Source: Gammaproteobacteria bacterium | GTDB lineage: Bacteria; Pseudomonadota; Gammaproteobacteria; UBA4575 | DNA: 64,000 nt | NCBI GenBank assembly: GCA_965222615.1 | Contig: CBDCUI010000009.1 | Span: forward strand, 256,001 to 320,000 | Reading direction: 5' to 3' | Part shown: positions 35,049-45,537 of the stretch, piece by piece | How positions within the stretch are numbered: position 1 is the stretch's first letter | Layout: every line of letters starts with the position of its first letter | Program-made: the position numbers and the translations under genes | Notes under the pieces: generated by a model | Told to the model about the DNA's origin: nothing | Databases searched by the model: none | What the model saw: the letters and a program-made list of their open reading frames with translations, nothing else

Positions 35049-36590
35049 ATGGAAGCTGAAAAAGCACAACAACCTTCTCTAGCCCCGCGTGAAGTACGTC
35101 GCCCTCCGTTTAGCTTTGCGAAACGTCATGGAATTTTAATCGGCAATGAAATTAATGGACGTGTGATGATTTTCCAGCGCCCCGATGTCAAGCCCCCTTC
35201 GCTTGCAGAGGTGCGACGCTTTGTTGGCAAGCCCCTTAATATTCGCACTTTATCGGATGAAGAGTTTGATGAGTTGCTAACACAGCTTTATGACGAAAGC
35301 GCCACCGGTGCATTGGCGATGATGGAAGGATTTGAGGATGATCTTGATTTAGCCAGCTTAGCGGAAGCCTTACCTGAACCACAGGACTTAATGGATGCCG
35401 ATGATGATGCTCCAATCATCCGATTGATTAATGCGTTACTTACTCAGGCAGTAAAAGAAAATGCATCGGATATTCACATTGAAACTTTTGAATCGCGCTT
35501 ATCGGTGCGCTTACGCGTAGACGGTGTTTTACGTGAAGTACTACAACCTCCACGTAACTTAGGTGCTTTGGTAGTTTCACGTATTAAAGTCATGGCGCAA
35601 CTTGACATTGCTGAAAAACGTCTGCCACAAGACGGCCGCATTTCGTTGCGTATTGCTGGTCGGCCGGTTGATGTGCGTGTGTCTACCCTACCTTCTGGGC
35701 ATGGCGAGCGCGTGGTGTTGCGTTTGTTAGATAAGCAAGCAGGACGCTTAGACCTTGCGCATTTAGGTCTACAACCCGACATCCACCGTAAAATTAAACA
35801 AGCAATTGAAAAACCTCATGGCATTGTCTTGGTTACTGGCCCTACTGGCTCTGGTAAAACTACTACTTTATATGCTGCATTAAGCGAGATTAACAATAAG
35901 AAACGCAACATTCTTACTGTTGAAGATCCCATAGAATATTTTATTGATGGCATTGGCCAAACTCAGGTTAATCAAAAAGTCGATATGACGTTTGCACGCG
36001 GATTACGTGCGATTTTGCGTCAAGACCCTGACGTAGTAATGGTGGGCGAGATTCGAGATTTAGAAACTGCACAAATTGCAGTGCAAGCAAGTTTAACTGG
36101 CCATATGGTGTTTTCTACCTTGCATACTAATACTGCCGTAGGCGCCATTACTCGGTTACGGGATATGGGCGTAGAGCCTTTTTTGCTTGCATCTAGTCTA
36201 ATAGCGGTCTTAGCACAACGTTTAGTACGTGTGCTGTGTGATGAGTGCAAAGTATCCCACACGGCAAGCTCTATCGAATATGAACAACTGAGCTTTGCCA
36301 GTGCTGGTAAAGCAATGAGCGATACTCCTATTATTTATCGCCCTGGCTCATGCTCAGCATGCAATGGCACGGGTTACTCTGGCCGTACAGGGATTTACGA
36401 GTTAGTTGTAATCGATGAAACCCTGCGTAGCATGATTCATGATATTGGATCGGAACAAGAATTAGAAAAATATGCGCACCAGCATACTGCGAGCATACGT
36501 CAAGATGGGTTGCGTTTAGTCCTTGAGGGAGTGACTACACTTGAAGAAGTGATGCGTGTGACGAAAGATGACATCGTAATTGAACAATGA
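35049..36590 (+). CDS. gspE: Type II secretion ATPase E
   Basis: GPTGSGKT, LRQDPD, CxxC pairs. Confidence 0.95.
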   Translation: MEAEKAQQPSLAPREVRRPPFSFAKRHGILIGNEINGRVMIFQRPDVKPPSLAEVRRFVGKPLNIRTLSDEEFDELLTQLYDESATGALAMMEGFEDDLDLASLAEALPEPQDLMDADDDAPIIRLINALLTQAVKENASDIHIETFESRLSVRLRVDGVLREVLQPPRNLGALVVSRIKVMAQLDIAEKRLPQDGRISLRIAGRPVDVRVSTLPSGHGERVVLRLLDKQAGRLDLAHLGLQPDIHRKIKQAIEKPHGIVLVTGPTGSGKTTTLYAALSEINNKKRNILTVEDPIEYFIDGIGQTQVNQKVDMTFARGLRAILRQDPDVVMVGEIRDLETAQIAVQASLTGHMVFSTLHTNTAVGAITRLRDMGVEPFLLASSLIAVLAQRLVRVLCDECKVSHTASSIEYEQLSFASAGKAMSDTPIIYRPGSCSACNGTGYSGRTGIYELVVIDETLRSMIHDIGSEQELEKYAHQHTASIRQDGLRLVLEGVTTLEEVMRVTKDDIVIEQ

Positions 36591-36609
36591 TTAGATCCCT
36601 CAATCACTT

Positions 36610-37827
36610 ATGCCTGCATTCGAATACACTGCTCTAGATAACCATGGCCGCGAGAAACGTGGCGTTATTGAAGGCGATAGTCCTCGCTCTGCTCGCCAAC
36701 AACTTCGCTCAAAGGGTTTTGACCCACTTGCAATCAACCAAGTAAAAGAACGTCAAGATAAAAAGTCGGTTGGTAGATTTTTTTCACGTGGAATGAGCTC
36801 CACCGATCTGGCGCTGTTTACACGGCAACTTGCAACCCTGGTTCGCTCTGGAACCCCTTTAGAAGAAGCTTTACGTACCATTGGTAAACACACCGAAAAA
36901 CCTCGTTCTAAGCGCATCATCATGGGGGTACGATCACGAGTTACAGAAGGTTACTCACTGGAAAAAGCTTTAAGTGAATTTCCTTCGGCATTTCCTGAAC
37001 TATTTCGTGCAACCATTGCTGCCGGTGAAAAATCGGGACATCTCGATGCAGTATTGGAACGCTTAGCCGATTACACAGAAACACGTCAAGAAACACAACA
37101 AAGTGTGATTGGCGCTTTATTTTACCCTCTTGTGTTATTGATTATTGCCATTTCTGTGGTAGTTCTTTTAGTCACGCTTGTCGTTCCCAAAGTGGTAAAC
37201 GTCTTTACTGATATTGGGCAAGAGTTGCCCCTACCCACAAAAATTTTAATTGCTACCAGCGATTTTTTAATTGCGTATGGAATATACATATTGATTGCCA
37301 TTATTGTTGGGATTTTTCTATTTCGACGTGCTATGCGCAGTGAAGTATTTCGCGCCAGAGTACAAAAGTTTTATCTTGGTTTGCCAGTAGTCGGTCGATT
37401 AACGCGAGGATTAAATACCGCGCGATTTGCACGTACTCTCAGTATTATGGTGGCATCAGGGGTACCGGTACTTGATTCTTTAAGAATCGCAGCAGAAGTA
37501 GTGGTTAACCGGCCGATGCGTCATGCTGTCCAAGAAGCAGCGGTAAGCGTGAGCGAAGGTGCAAATATTCATACTTCGCTGGAACGCTCGGGACATTTTC
37601 CGCCTATGACGTTGCATTTAATCGGTAGCGGTGAACAAAGCGGTAATCTTGAAGAAATGCTAGATCGCGCTGCATCTCAACAAGAACGCGAACTAAATAC
37701 CATTATTAACACGACTCTTAAATTATTGGAGCCACTAATCATTGTACTCATGGGTGTTTTTGTATTAGCGATTGTGATGGCCATTTTGATGCCGATATTT
37801 AATCTAAATCAGATGGTAGGCCAATAA
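36610..37827 (+). CDS. gspF: Type II secretion protein F
   Basis: MPAFEY.A, FTRQLATL, GEKSGHL, LEP motifs. Confidence 0.95.
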   Translation: MPAFEYTALDNHGREKRGVIEGDSPRSARQQLRSKGFDPLAINQVKERQDKKSVGRFFSRGMSSTDLALFTRQLATLVRSGTPLEEALRTIGKHTEKPRSKRIIMGVRSRVTEGYSLEKALSEFPSAFPELFRATIAAGEKSGHLDAVLERLADYTETRQETQQSVIGALFYPLVLLIIAISVVVLLVTLVVPKVVNVFTDIGQELPLPTKILIATSDFLIAYGIYILIAIIVGIFLFRRAMRSEVFRARVQKFYLGLPVVGRLTRGLNTARFARTLSIMVASGVPVLDSLRIAAEVVVNRPMRHAVQEAAVSVSEGANIHTSLERSGHFPPMTLHLIGSGEQSGNLEEMLDRAASQQERELNTIINTTLKLLEPLIIVLMGVFVLAIVMAILMPIFNLNQMVGQ

Positions 37828-38063
37828 AGGTTTTGTATTTCAGGGTGAAACTACTTTAATTATTCAATATATCTATTTGATATAGAAGAATATTATTTTT
37901 CTTAGCCCCTTCTAATTGCAACGATTCAGTACTCGCCAATCATCTACCTAAAATGACCAATAAAGACGATCGGTGGTCAGACTGCAGTGTAATTCTTGTT
38001 ACAATTTAACAATATTTATCTTTAATAATCAGCGAGTTATTAACCTTCGAAAGAGAGAATAAA

Positions 38064-38501
38064 ATGTCTACAAAAAACTTTTCTCGCCGGATGCGAGGCT
38101 TTACCCTAATAGAAATCGTTGTAGTTGTTGTCATTATTGGATTGCTGGCGGCAATGGTTGCACCCCGAGTGATGAAACGAACTGATGATGCAAAAATAGT
38201 ACGTGTAGCGAATGATATCCGCGCTATTGAGGCTTCTTTAAATCTTTATAAATTAGATAACTTTAATTATCCCTCTACAGAACAAGGCTTACAGGCACTA
38301 GTCACTCAACCTACCGGTACACCTGAAGCAAAAAATTGGAAGCAAGGCGGCTATCTGCGTAACGTACCGAAAGACCCTTGGGGAAATGATTACCAATACA
38401 CAAGTGATAGTTCATCATTCGATCTTTATTCCTTAGGTGCAGATGGAAAAACCGGTGGTGAAGATATGAATAAAGATTTATCCATTGCAGACCTTAATTG
38501 A
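38064..38501 (+). CDS. gspG: Major pseudopilin G
   Basis: GFTLIE, YKLDN..YP..EQGL.AL, PKDPWG. Confidence 0.95.
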   Translation: MSTKNFSRRMRGFTLIEIVVVVVIIGLLAAMVAPRVMKRTDDAKIVRVANDIRAIEASLNLYKLDNFNYPSTEQGLQALVTQPTGTPEAKNWKQGGYLRNVPKDPWGNDYQYTSDSSSFDLYSLGADGKTGGEDMNKDLSIADLN

Positions 38502-38510
38502 TTACTAGAC

Positions 38511-39029
38511 ATGAAAAAAGAAAACTACGGGTTTACCCTTATTGAGCTACTCGTAGTAATTTTTATTATCGCAGTCGTGATATCTGCAGCAACCATCACA
38601 CTTGGTGATAATCAAGCTAAAAGGATGGAACAAAAATCACAACAATTGGCTGCAATTGTTAATCTTGCGAAAGAACAAGCCATATTTAATTCTGAAGAAC
38701 TTGGTGTACTCTTTAGTAAAGATGCCTACTCTTTTTATCGATTAACTACACAACAAAATAAAGACGGAAAAGAAGTATCAACCTGGGTACCTATTCAGGA
38801 TAATAAATTATTGAATAAAAGAAGTCTGCCTGAAGGTCTTGAATATGAGTTATTTTTAGAAGGAATTAAAGTTGCCTACACTAAAAAAGAAAAAGTCTCA
38901 CCACAAGTATTTATTCTCTCAGATGGTTCGATTACCCCTTTTCAAATAAAAATCACAGATAAAATTGATCATAGCCATACTTTAAAAGTTGCTGAAAATG
39001 GTGAATTTGAGTTTTATGCAATCAATTAA
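38511..39029 (+). CDS. gspH: Minor pseudopilin H
   Basis: GFTLIELL prepilin motif; operon position. Confidence 0.88.
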   Translation: MKKENYGFTLIELLVVIFIIAVVISAATITLGDNQAKRMEQKSQQLAAIVNLAKEQAIFNSEELGVLFSKDAYSFYRLTTQQNKDGKEVSTWVPIQDNKLLNKRSLPEGLEYELFLEGIKVAYTKKEKVSPQVFILSDGSITPFQIKITDKIDHSHTLKVAENGEFEFYAIN

Positions 39030-39036
39030 GTAGCAA

Positions 39037-39420
39037 ATGTATTCATCATTCAATAAAACTACAGGATTTACTCTTTTGGAAGTACTTGTAGCGCTTGCGA
39101 TTATTGCGCTTGGTATGGCGGCTGTTATTAAAACGGTTGCATCCACTACTGTCAATTCATCTTACCTACGCGATAAAACCTTTGCTAATTGGGTTGCGCA
39201 AAATCAATTAGCGGAAATTGAACTGAGTCCGGTGAAGCCAAAATTTGGATTTAGAGATGGGGATGAAACACTAGGCGGCATCAAATGGTATTGGACAAGC
39301 AAGGTAGATAAAACAGAAGATCCTGATACAAACCGAATTGAAATTACAGTGCGCAGAGATAAAGATAAAAATGCCCAAAATTACGCGACACTCGCCAGTT
39401 TATTCTATGACCCTAACTAG
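39037..39420 (+). CDS. gspI: Minor pseudopilin I
   Basis: GFTLLEVLVALAI, A.WVA.N.L. Confidence 0.9.
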   Translation: MYSSFNKTTGFTLLEVLVALAIIALGMAAVIKTVASTTVNSSYLRDKTFANWVAQNQLAEIELSPVKPKFGFRDGDETLGGIKWYWTSKVDKTEDPDTNRIEITVRRDKDKNAQNYATLASLFYDPN

Positions 39421-39428
39421 TCAATGCA

Positions 39429-40037
39429 ATGATTAATCCTCGTAATATTAATATTCATGGCTTCACGCTTATCGAGATGGTGGTAGCTACTGCAATATTT
39501 GCTATAGTTGGTGCACTTGCCTATGGCGGTTTGAATCATGTACTGAATAATCAGGAACATATACAAGATTCTGCTGAACGATTAAAAGATCTACAACTTA
39601 CCTTTCGTTATTTAGAAAAGGACATTAGTCAAGTAATCGAGCGTTCTGTGCGCGACCAATATGGTGATATCCAATTTGCGTTTGCAGGCGATCAAGATAA
39701 AGTTTTCAGCTTCACGCATTCAGGATGGCGTAATCCGGCAAATTTAGTACGTAGCAGATTACAACGTGTCACCTATGAACTTTCTGACAATACTTTAAAA
39801 CGCTATAGCTGGACCCATCTCGATGGTGCAATCACAGAAGAGTTCTTCTCCACAAATTTACTAGAAGAAGTTGAATCTATAACACTTCGCTATCTTGACC
39901 AAAATAACCAATGGCAAGACACTTGGCCACCTTTGAACTCCAATCCTCAAACGATTGGTATACCCAAAGCCTTAGAGATCACGGTTAAAGCAAAACCTTG
40001 GGAAGAAATTAAACGAATTTTTGCTGGACCAACCTAG
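39429..40037 (+). CDS. gspJ: Minor pseudopilin J
   Basis: GFTLIEM, GWRNP....RS.LQRV.Y. Confidence 0.92.
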   Translation: MINPRNINIHGFTLIEMVVATAIFAIVGALAYGGLNHVLNNQEHIQDSAERLKDLQLTFRYLEKDISQVIERSVRDQYGDIQFAFAGDQDKVFSFTHSGWRNPANLVRSRLQRVTYELSDNTLKRYSWTHLDGAITEEFFSTNLLEEVESITLRYLDQNNQWQDTWPPLNSNPQTIGIPKALEITVKAKPWEEIKRIFAGPT

Positions 40038-40991
40038 ATGGATAAAACAATTACCTATACAAAACAGTCGGGTATTGCAGTGATCACCGCGGTATTAGTA
40101 CTTGCCATCGCTGCGACAGCAGCAGCTACGATTGCGGCAAATTATCAGTTAGATATGCATCGCACTGAAAATTCCATTATGAGTAGTCAGGCATGGGCGT
40201 ATGCAAAAGGTGCAGAACAATGGACGATGGCAATTTTAGCAAGAGATTTAAAAGATAGTGGTAACTATGATGGTTTTGATGAACCATGGTGGAATGATGG
40301 TCAACCCCTTACCTTTCCTCTACCTGGAGGCTACATTCAAGGTAAAATTGAAGATGCAGAAGGCAAGCTGAACTTGAATAAACTGGTTGAAGCAAATAAG
40401 CCCAATCAATTGATGAAAGAGCGTGTATCACGCTTATTATTTTTATTAGATATGAATCCAAGCCTAGTTGATGCCATTATTGACTGGATCGACGGGGATC
40501 CCAATCCTGCTGGACCGAATGGGGCTGAGCAAGATATTTATCGAGGTTTAGAAAATGCATATTTGCCAGCTGATCAGCCTATGAAAGATATATCAGAATT
40601 GAGATTGATCTATGGCTTTAGTCAAGAGATGTATGATGAACTCACCAAATATTTGACTGTTTTGCCCGCTCAGGACTCATCATTAAACTTAAATACTGCC
40701 CCTGCATTAGTATTAGCAAGCTTAGATACAAAAATAGGCTTAAATCTTGCAGAGCAGCTTGTAGCAGAAAGAGAAGATAAGCCTTATGAGAGTGCAGCCG
40801 ATTTCTTAAGGCATCCAGAGTTACAAAGGCAAGGGGTTTCAATTAACCCTGATGGGCTTAATGTAAGAAGTAGTCATTTTAATTTAATTACTACATCAGT
40901 AATAGGCAAAAGCCAAGTTAAAATTACCAGCACGATTCATCGTGGTGGAGCAAATAATTTGCAAGTAATTAAGCGAAGCCAAAATCTATAA
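40038..40991 (+). CDS. gspK: Minor pseudopilin K
   Basis: G.A.ITAVL, KLNLN, DWID.D, NLNTA motifs. Confidence 0.9.
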   Translation: MDKTITYTKQSGIAVITAVLVLAIAATAAATIAANYQLDMHRTENSIMSSQAWAYAKGAEQWTMAILARDLKDSGNYDGFDEPWWNDGQPLTFPLPGGYIQGKIEDAEGKLNLNKLVEANKPNQLMKERVSRLLFLLDMNPSLVDAIIDWIDGDPNPAGPNGAEQDIYRGLENAYLPADQPMKDISELRLIYGFSQEMYDELTKYLTVLPAQDSSLNLNTAPALVLASLDTKIGLNLAEQLVAEREDKPYESAADFLRHPELQRQGVSINPDGLNVRSSHFNLITTSVIGKSQVKITSTIHRGGANNLQVIKRSQNL

Positions 40992-41002
40992 AGAGGCATC
41001 CA

Positions 41003-42250
41003 ATGCAAGAAACTGTAATTATATATGTGCAAACAGATCTGCTCGAAACGCTTGATATTGAAGACTCACATTTTGTCAAGTGGATGAAGTTAGACGAAGA
41101 AGGCATTCCTATTACACGTGGAGCAGAAGCTCGTTTAGAACAAGTATCCTCTGTTACACAAAATGCGCACGTGATTGTGTTACTGCCCCTGCAGCAGATG
41201 CTACTTACAAAAGTAAATACACGCGCACGTAAAGTGAAGCATTTACAAAAAGCAGTGCCGTTCGCCTTAGAAGACGAGCTGGCTGATGATATAGAAGACC
41301 TGCATTTTGCGCTTGGCCAGCGTTATGGAGAAAATGATTACCCGGTTGCAGTAATTGAAAAAACTACGTTAGATACTATATTAGAAACACTAGCAAGTGT
41401 TGGTATTTATCCCGATATCTTGACTGCTGATGTTTTTGGCTTACCAATTCGAGAAGGTAGTTGGACTATTTTAATTGAAGATGACCGTGCTTTGGTACGC
41501 ACATCAAGATTTAATGGTTTCACTATTGACTTGCATAATCTCCAACAAATTTTAACCTCTTCATTACGACAGGCTGATGAATCTCCAACAGAATTAAATG
41601 TTTATCGCTGCGAAAGTAGTGAAAGCAATATTAAAAAATTTAACTTCCCAATAAATAGCAATGAGTTAGATGATTGCCCTCCTGGCTTATTCGCGGATGG
41701 CTTGGATGAAGATGAATGTATAAATTTATTACAAGCAAGTTATCAAAAGAAAGATAAAAGACATCGACAGTTTGCACCATGGAAATACGCTGCAATATTG
41801 TTTGCAATTTGGATAGGATTATCTCTTGTATCTGTATTTATTGACCATGCCCGTTTAGAAAAGGAAGAAAAACGTTTGGATACGCAAATTGAGCAAGTAC
41901 TGCGAGAAACTTTTCCAAATATACAAAATGTATCCAATCCTCGACTGCAAATGGAGCAACGCTTAAAGAATTTCATTGCAGATACAGCACCTGGCTCCCA
42001 AGCTAGCTTTATGGAATTACTCGCAGTAAGCGGTGAATCCATGAAACAAGCTGGCAAAGTCGGTATCAATACCATGAGCTACCGTGAAGGAAAATTAAAC
42101 GTCGAGGTAGAATCTCCAGATATTCAAATCCTAGATACAGTTAAACAATCATTAAAAACTAAAAACTATTTTGCTGATATAAGATCAGCAAACACTAAAG
42201 GCTCAATCGTTGCAGCTAAGCTTGAAATTAGTAAAGGAGAAGGCAAATGA
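41003..42250 (+). CDS. gspL: Type II secretion protein L
   Basis: AVPFALED.LA.D.E.LHFA, INLLQ, single TM. Confidence 0.9.
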   Translation: MQETVIIYVQTDLLETLDIEDSHFVKWMKLDEEGIPITRGAEARLEQVSSVTQNAHVIVLLPLQQMLLTKVNTRARKVKHLQKAVPFALEDELADDIEDLHFALGQRYGENDYPVAVIEKTTLDTILETLASVGIYPDILTADVFGLPIREGSWTILIEDDRALVRTSRFNGFTIDLHNLQQILTSSLRQADESPTELNVYRCESSESNIKKFNFPINSNELDDCPPGLFADGLDEDECINLLQASYQKKDKRHRQFAPWKYAAILFAIWIGLSLVSVFIDHARLEKEEKRLDTQIEQVLRETFPNIQNVSNPRLQMEQRLKNFIADTAPGSQASFMELLAVSGESMKQAGKVGINTMSYREGKLNVEVESPDIQILDTVKQSLKTKNYFADIRSANTKGSIVAAKLEISKGEGK

Positions 42251-42732
42251 AAGAATGGTGGGACTCATTACAAGCCAAAGAGCGCTTGTTAGTTACAATA
42301 GGAGCTGTAGCTGTTGCCATTGCAATTTTATATCTAATAGTGTGGTCACCAATTGTAGAAAGCCGTAATAATAAAAAAATGCGAGTTGAAAATAAGCGTG
42401 AGACACTAGTTTGGATGAGCCAAAAGCAACAAGAAGTTACACATTTAAAAAGGATGAATCCAAATTTATTCAATCAGGCTACCGATAAACGATCATTACT
42501 TGCTATTGTTGATACTGGTGCTAAGCAAATGGGAATCCGCTCTTCAATTACTAGCATTACTCCAAACGGTGAAGATAAAGTACAAATAGCACTTGAGGAC
42601 ATGATATTTGACCGTTTAATTGTTTTATTAGGGGAATTAAATCGCAGGAACCATATACTGGTAGCAAGCACATCATTAACGAAATCTGATCAAATTGGCA
42701 AAGTTACGGGGAAAATACTTCTGTCAAAATAA
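42247..42732 (+). CDS. gspM: Type II secretion protein M
   Basis: WW.SL..KER.L N-terminus plus TM; operon position. Confidence 0.88.
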   Translation: MKEWWDSLQAKERLLVTIGAVAVAIAILYLIVWSPIVESRNNKKMRVENKRETLVWMSQKQQEVTHLKRMNPNLFNQATDKRSLLAIVDTGAKQMGIRSSITSITPNGEDKVQIALEDMIFDRLIVLLGELNRRNHILVASTSLTKSDQIGKVTGKILLSK

Positions 42733-42758
42733 TTCTGCATCATGCATAAGTATGTAAA

Positions 42759-43499
42759 ATGAAATTGGCACTTAAAATAATTGCAGGGCTTGTAATATTC
42801 GCATGTGCATTTGTTTACTTTGCCCCTGCAAGTCTTATTCAAAAGTTCCTACCAAACGATATTACTGTTTCTGGCGTAAGCGGAACAGTATGGAATGGAA
42901 ATTTACAAACTATTGTCTTTGATCAGATTGGTATTCAAAATACAAAATGGTCATCAAACCCACTTAGCCTGTTAACAGGAAAGCTTAAGGCAGACGTTTC
43001 AATCAACTCCAATAATCTTAAGGGTAACTTTGAAACTAGCTATTCTGGTACGAAAGTAAGTGCTAATGATGTCCTGCTCAAGGGCGACTTATCTCTGCTG
43101 ATGCCATATTTTGAAAAATATGGGCTAACCATAAGTGGCCAATTCAATGCAGACTTTAATTCACTAGAAGTTGCTAACGGCTTGCCTAAATATGCCGATG
43201 GAGTCTTACATACTTATAACACCAATATACTTGGGATATTCCCACTTAACTTAGGCGATATTACAGGTGTATTCGAACAACAAGGACAAGACATGCTGAT
43301 TAAGGTTGATAATAGCAGCGGTGAACTAGATTTAAATGGTGCTATTACCGTTGATGAACATGGGAACTATTTTGCAGATATGACTTTTTCTAAAAATTCA
43401 AATACGTCTGATCAAATTTTACAAACTATTCAACTATTGGGAACAAAAATTGGTGAAGACACTGTTAAAATGACACAGTCAGGTCAACTTCGTATTTAA
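42759..43499 (+). CDS. gspN: Type II secretion protein N
   Basis: PAS...GVSGTVWNG motif; last gene of the operon. Confidence 0.85.
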   Translation: MKLALKIIAGLVIFACAFVYFAPASLIQKFLPNDITVSGVSGTVWNGNLQTIVFDQIGIQNTKWSSNPLSLLTGKLKADVSINSNNLKGNFETSYSGTKVSANDVLLKGDLSLLMPYFEKYGLTISGQFNADFNSLEVANGLPKYADGVLHTYNTNILGIFPLNLGDITGVFEQQGQDMLIKVDNSSGELDLNGAITVDEHGNYFADMTFSKNSNTSDQILQTIQLLGTKIGEDTVKMTQSGQLRI

Positions 43500-43515
43500 T
43501 TCAAGTAGTAGATTT

Positions 43516-43749
43516 TCAATTATTACTTTCTGGTAGAGTGTTCTGAAATAACAAATCAAAGATAGAGTCTTTAACTTTCCACTCTTTTACTTCAATACTA
43601 GAAACTCTCCTCTCTGGTGTATGGCGACGGTCACGTCTTACACAAACACCCTGAGTAGTGATAATTGGAAATTGAGCAACGATGTCACTACTGCGACGAT
43701 CAGATCGTTTGCGTCGGTTATCGTTATAGTAATTATGAACTTGTACCAT
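43516..43749 (-). CDS. Small Arg-rich hypothetical protein
   Basis: 77-aa ORF with DRR/ERR repeats. Confidence 0.5.
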   Translation of the reverse strand: MVQVHNYYNDNRRKRSDRRSSDIVAQFPIITTQGVCVRRDRRHTPERRVSSIEVKEWKVKDSIFDLLFQNTLPESNN

Positions 43750-43789
43750 GAGCCAAATCTGTGTAGTTCATATACAATTATACTATATT

Positions 43790-43865
<76 letters not shown>

Positions 43866-43886
43866 ATATTTATCCAGGTAAATAAT

Positions 43887-45317
43887 CTATACTGAAGCAT
43901 CGATATATTCAATTGCTTTATCAATACGCTCTAAGGTTTTAACAGACCCCAATAATTCCAAGGTAACATCGATGGAGGGTGATTTTGATTTGCCGGTTAC
44001 GGCTAAGCGTAACACAGGGGCAACTTCTCCAAATTTAAGGTTTAATTCTTGCACAACCGATTTAATGCATTGCTGTATATTTTCTGCATCCCATTTATCC
44101 AATGTATTTAGCTTGCTTTTTATTAACCTTAAAATATTTATGCCATCAGAAGTAAAATACTTTTTTACCGCTTTCTCTTCATAACTATTTATATCACTAT
44201 GTAAAAAAGCGCTTTCATCAATAAACTCTTTTAACGTTTTGCTTCGATCTTTTAATATGTCATAAATAACAGTTAAATCACGATTGACAAGGACATTTAT
44301 ATCATATTTAAAGGTAAAATCAGATTGAACAGAAGTAATGTATTTGTCAAGAACTGGCCTTAACTCTGAACCACTAATATTTTTCATATGCTGATGATTG
44401 ACCCACAATAATTTTTCATAATCAAACGTTGCTGCAGATTTTTGTATCGACCCTACATCGAATAATTCAATCATTTGTTTTACGGTGAATAACTCTTGGT
44501 CTCCATATGACCAACCGAGTCGAAGTAAATAATTTAATAAAGCTTGAGGCAATATCCCCTCTTTCCTATATTGGGTTACCGAAACTGCACCATGACGTTT
44601 GGATAGTCGTTTGCCGTCTTTGCCATGAATCAATGGAATATGAGCATATACTGGTGGTTGTTTGTTTAATGCATTGAAGATATTTATTTGTCTAGGTGTA
44701 TTATTTAAATGATCATCTCCTCGGATCACATGGGTTATTTTCAAATCCAGGTCATCGGCCACTACGCATAGGTGATAAGTAGGTGATCCATCTGAGCGTG
44801 CAAGAATCAAGTCATCTAGCTCACTATTTTGTATTTCTACATGTCCACGTACTTGATCTTCAATGATTACCAACCCATCCAATGGGTTTTTAAATCGAAT
44901 TACAGGTTTATTGCTTGTATTTGGCTTATTTTTTAAATCTCTACAAAAACCATCATATCTGGGTTTTTGTTTACTTTTTATTTGTTGCTCACGCAGTTTC
45001 TCTAAACGTTCTTTTGAACAATAACAATAATAGGCATCACCTTGTTCTAATAGTTGTTGTATAGCCTGCTCATACCTCTTTGTTCTTCTCGATTGGTAGA
45101 TAGGTTCTACATCCGAATTTATTCCCAACCATGCTAAACTTTTCAGAATATCTTGAGTAAATTCTTGGCTAGAACGAGCTCGATCAGTATCTTCGATACG
45201 TAAAATGTACTCACCATTTTGTTTCTTTGCGTACAGCCAATTAAATAAAGCCGTTCGAGCACCACCGATATGTAGAAAGCCTGTGGGGCTAGGAGCAAAA
45301 CGAGTTCGTGTTGTCAT
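43887..45317 (-). CDS. gltX: Glutamate--tRNA ligase
   Basis: RFAPSPTG.LHIGG, LRIEDTD, LSKR. Confidence 0.96.
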   Translation of the reverse strand: MTTRTRFAPSPTGFLHIGGARTALFNWLYAKKQNGEYILRIEDTDRARSSQEFTQDILKSLAWLGINSDVEPIYQSRRTKRYEQAIQQLLEQGDAYYCYCSKERLEKLREQQIKSKQKPRYDGFCRDLKNKPNTSNKPVIRFKNPLDGLVIIEDQVRGHVEIQNSELDDLILARSDGSPTYHLCVVADDLDLKITHVIRGDDHLNNTPRQINIFNALNKQPPVYAHIPLIHGKDGKRLSKRHGAVSVTQYRKEGILPQALLNYLLRLGWSYGDQELFTVKQMIELFDVGSIQKSAATFDYEKLLWVNHQHMKNISGSELRPVLDKYITSVQSDFTFKYDINVLVNRDLTVIYDILKDRSKTLKEFIDESAFLHSDINSYEEKAVKKYFTSDGINILRLIKSKLNTLDKWDAENIQQCIKSVVQELNLKFGEVAPVLRLAVTGKSKSPSIDVTLELLGSVKTLERIDKAIEYIDASV

Positions 45318-45318
45318 A

Positions 45319-45466
45319 AAGGAAGCTCTGATTTATTCTGATATGTCCCAAAAAGGTAAATTAGCAATGATTTCTGAAAATACTCATGTATGCTTATATA
45401 CACTCCGTTTTTTCGAAATCATTTTGCCTAACTTCAGTCATTTCATTAATAAATCAAAACTTCCTT
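45319..45466. repeat. Small palindromic intergenic repeat (MITE-like), copy 2
   Basis: Terminal IR AAGGAAGCTCTGATTTATT / AATAAATCAAAACTTCCTT; core shared with 29554-29672. Confidence 0.6.
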
Positions 45467-45537
45467 AAAGTAAGACATATTGTATTAGTCAAGGGATTTG
45501 ATCACCCTCTATTGTACATGGAAATATATGGTTATTA

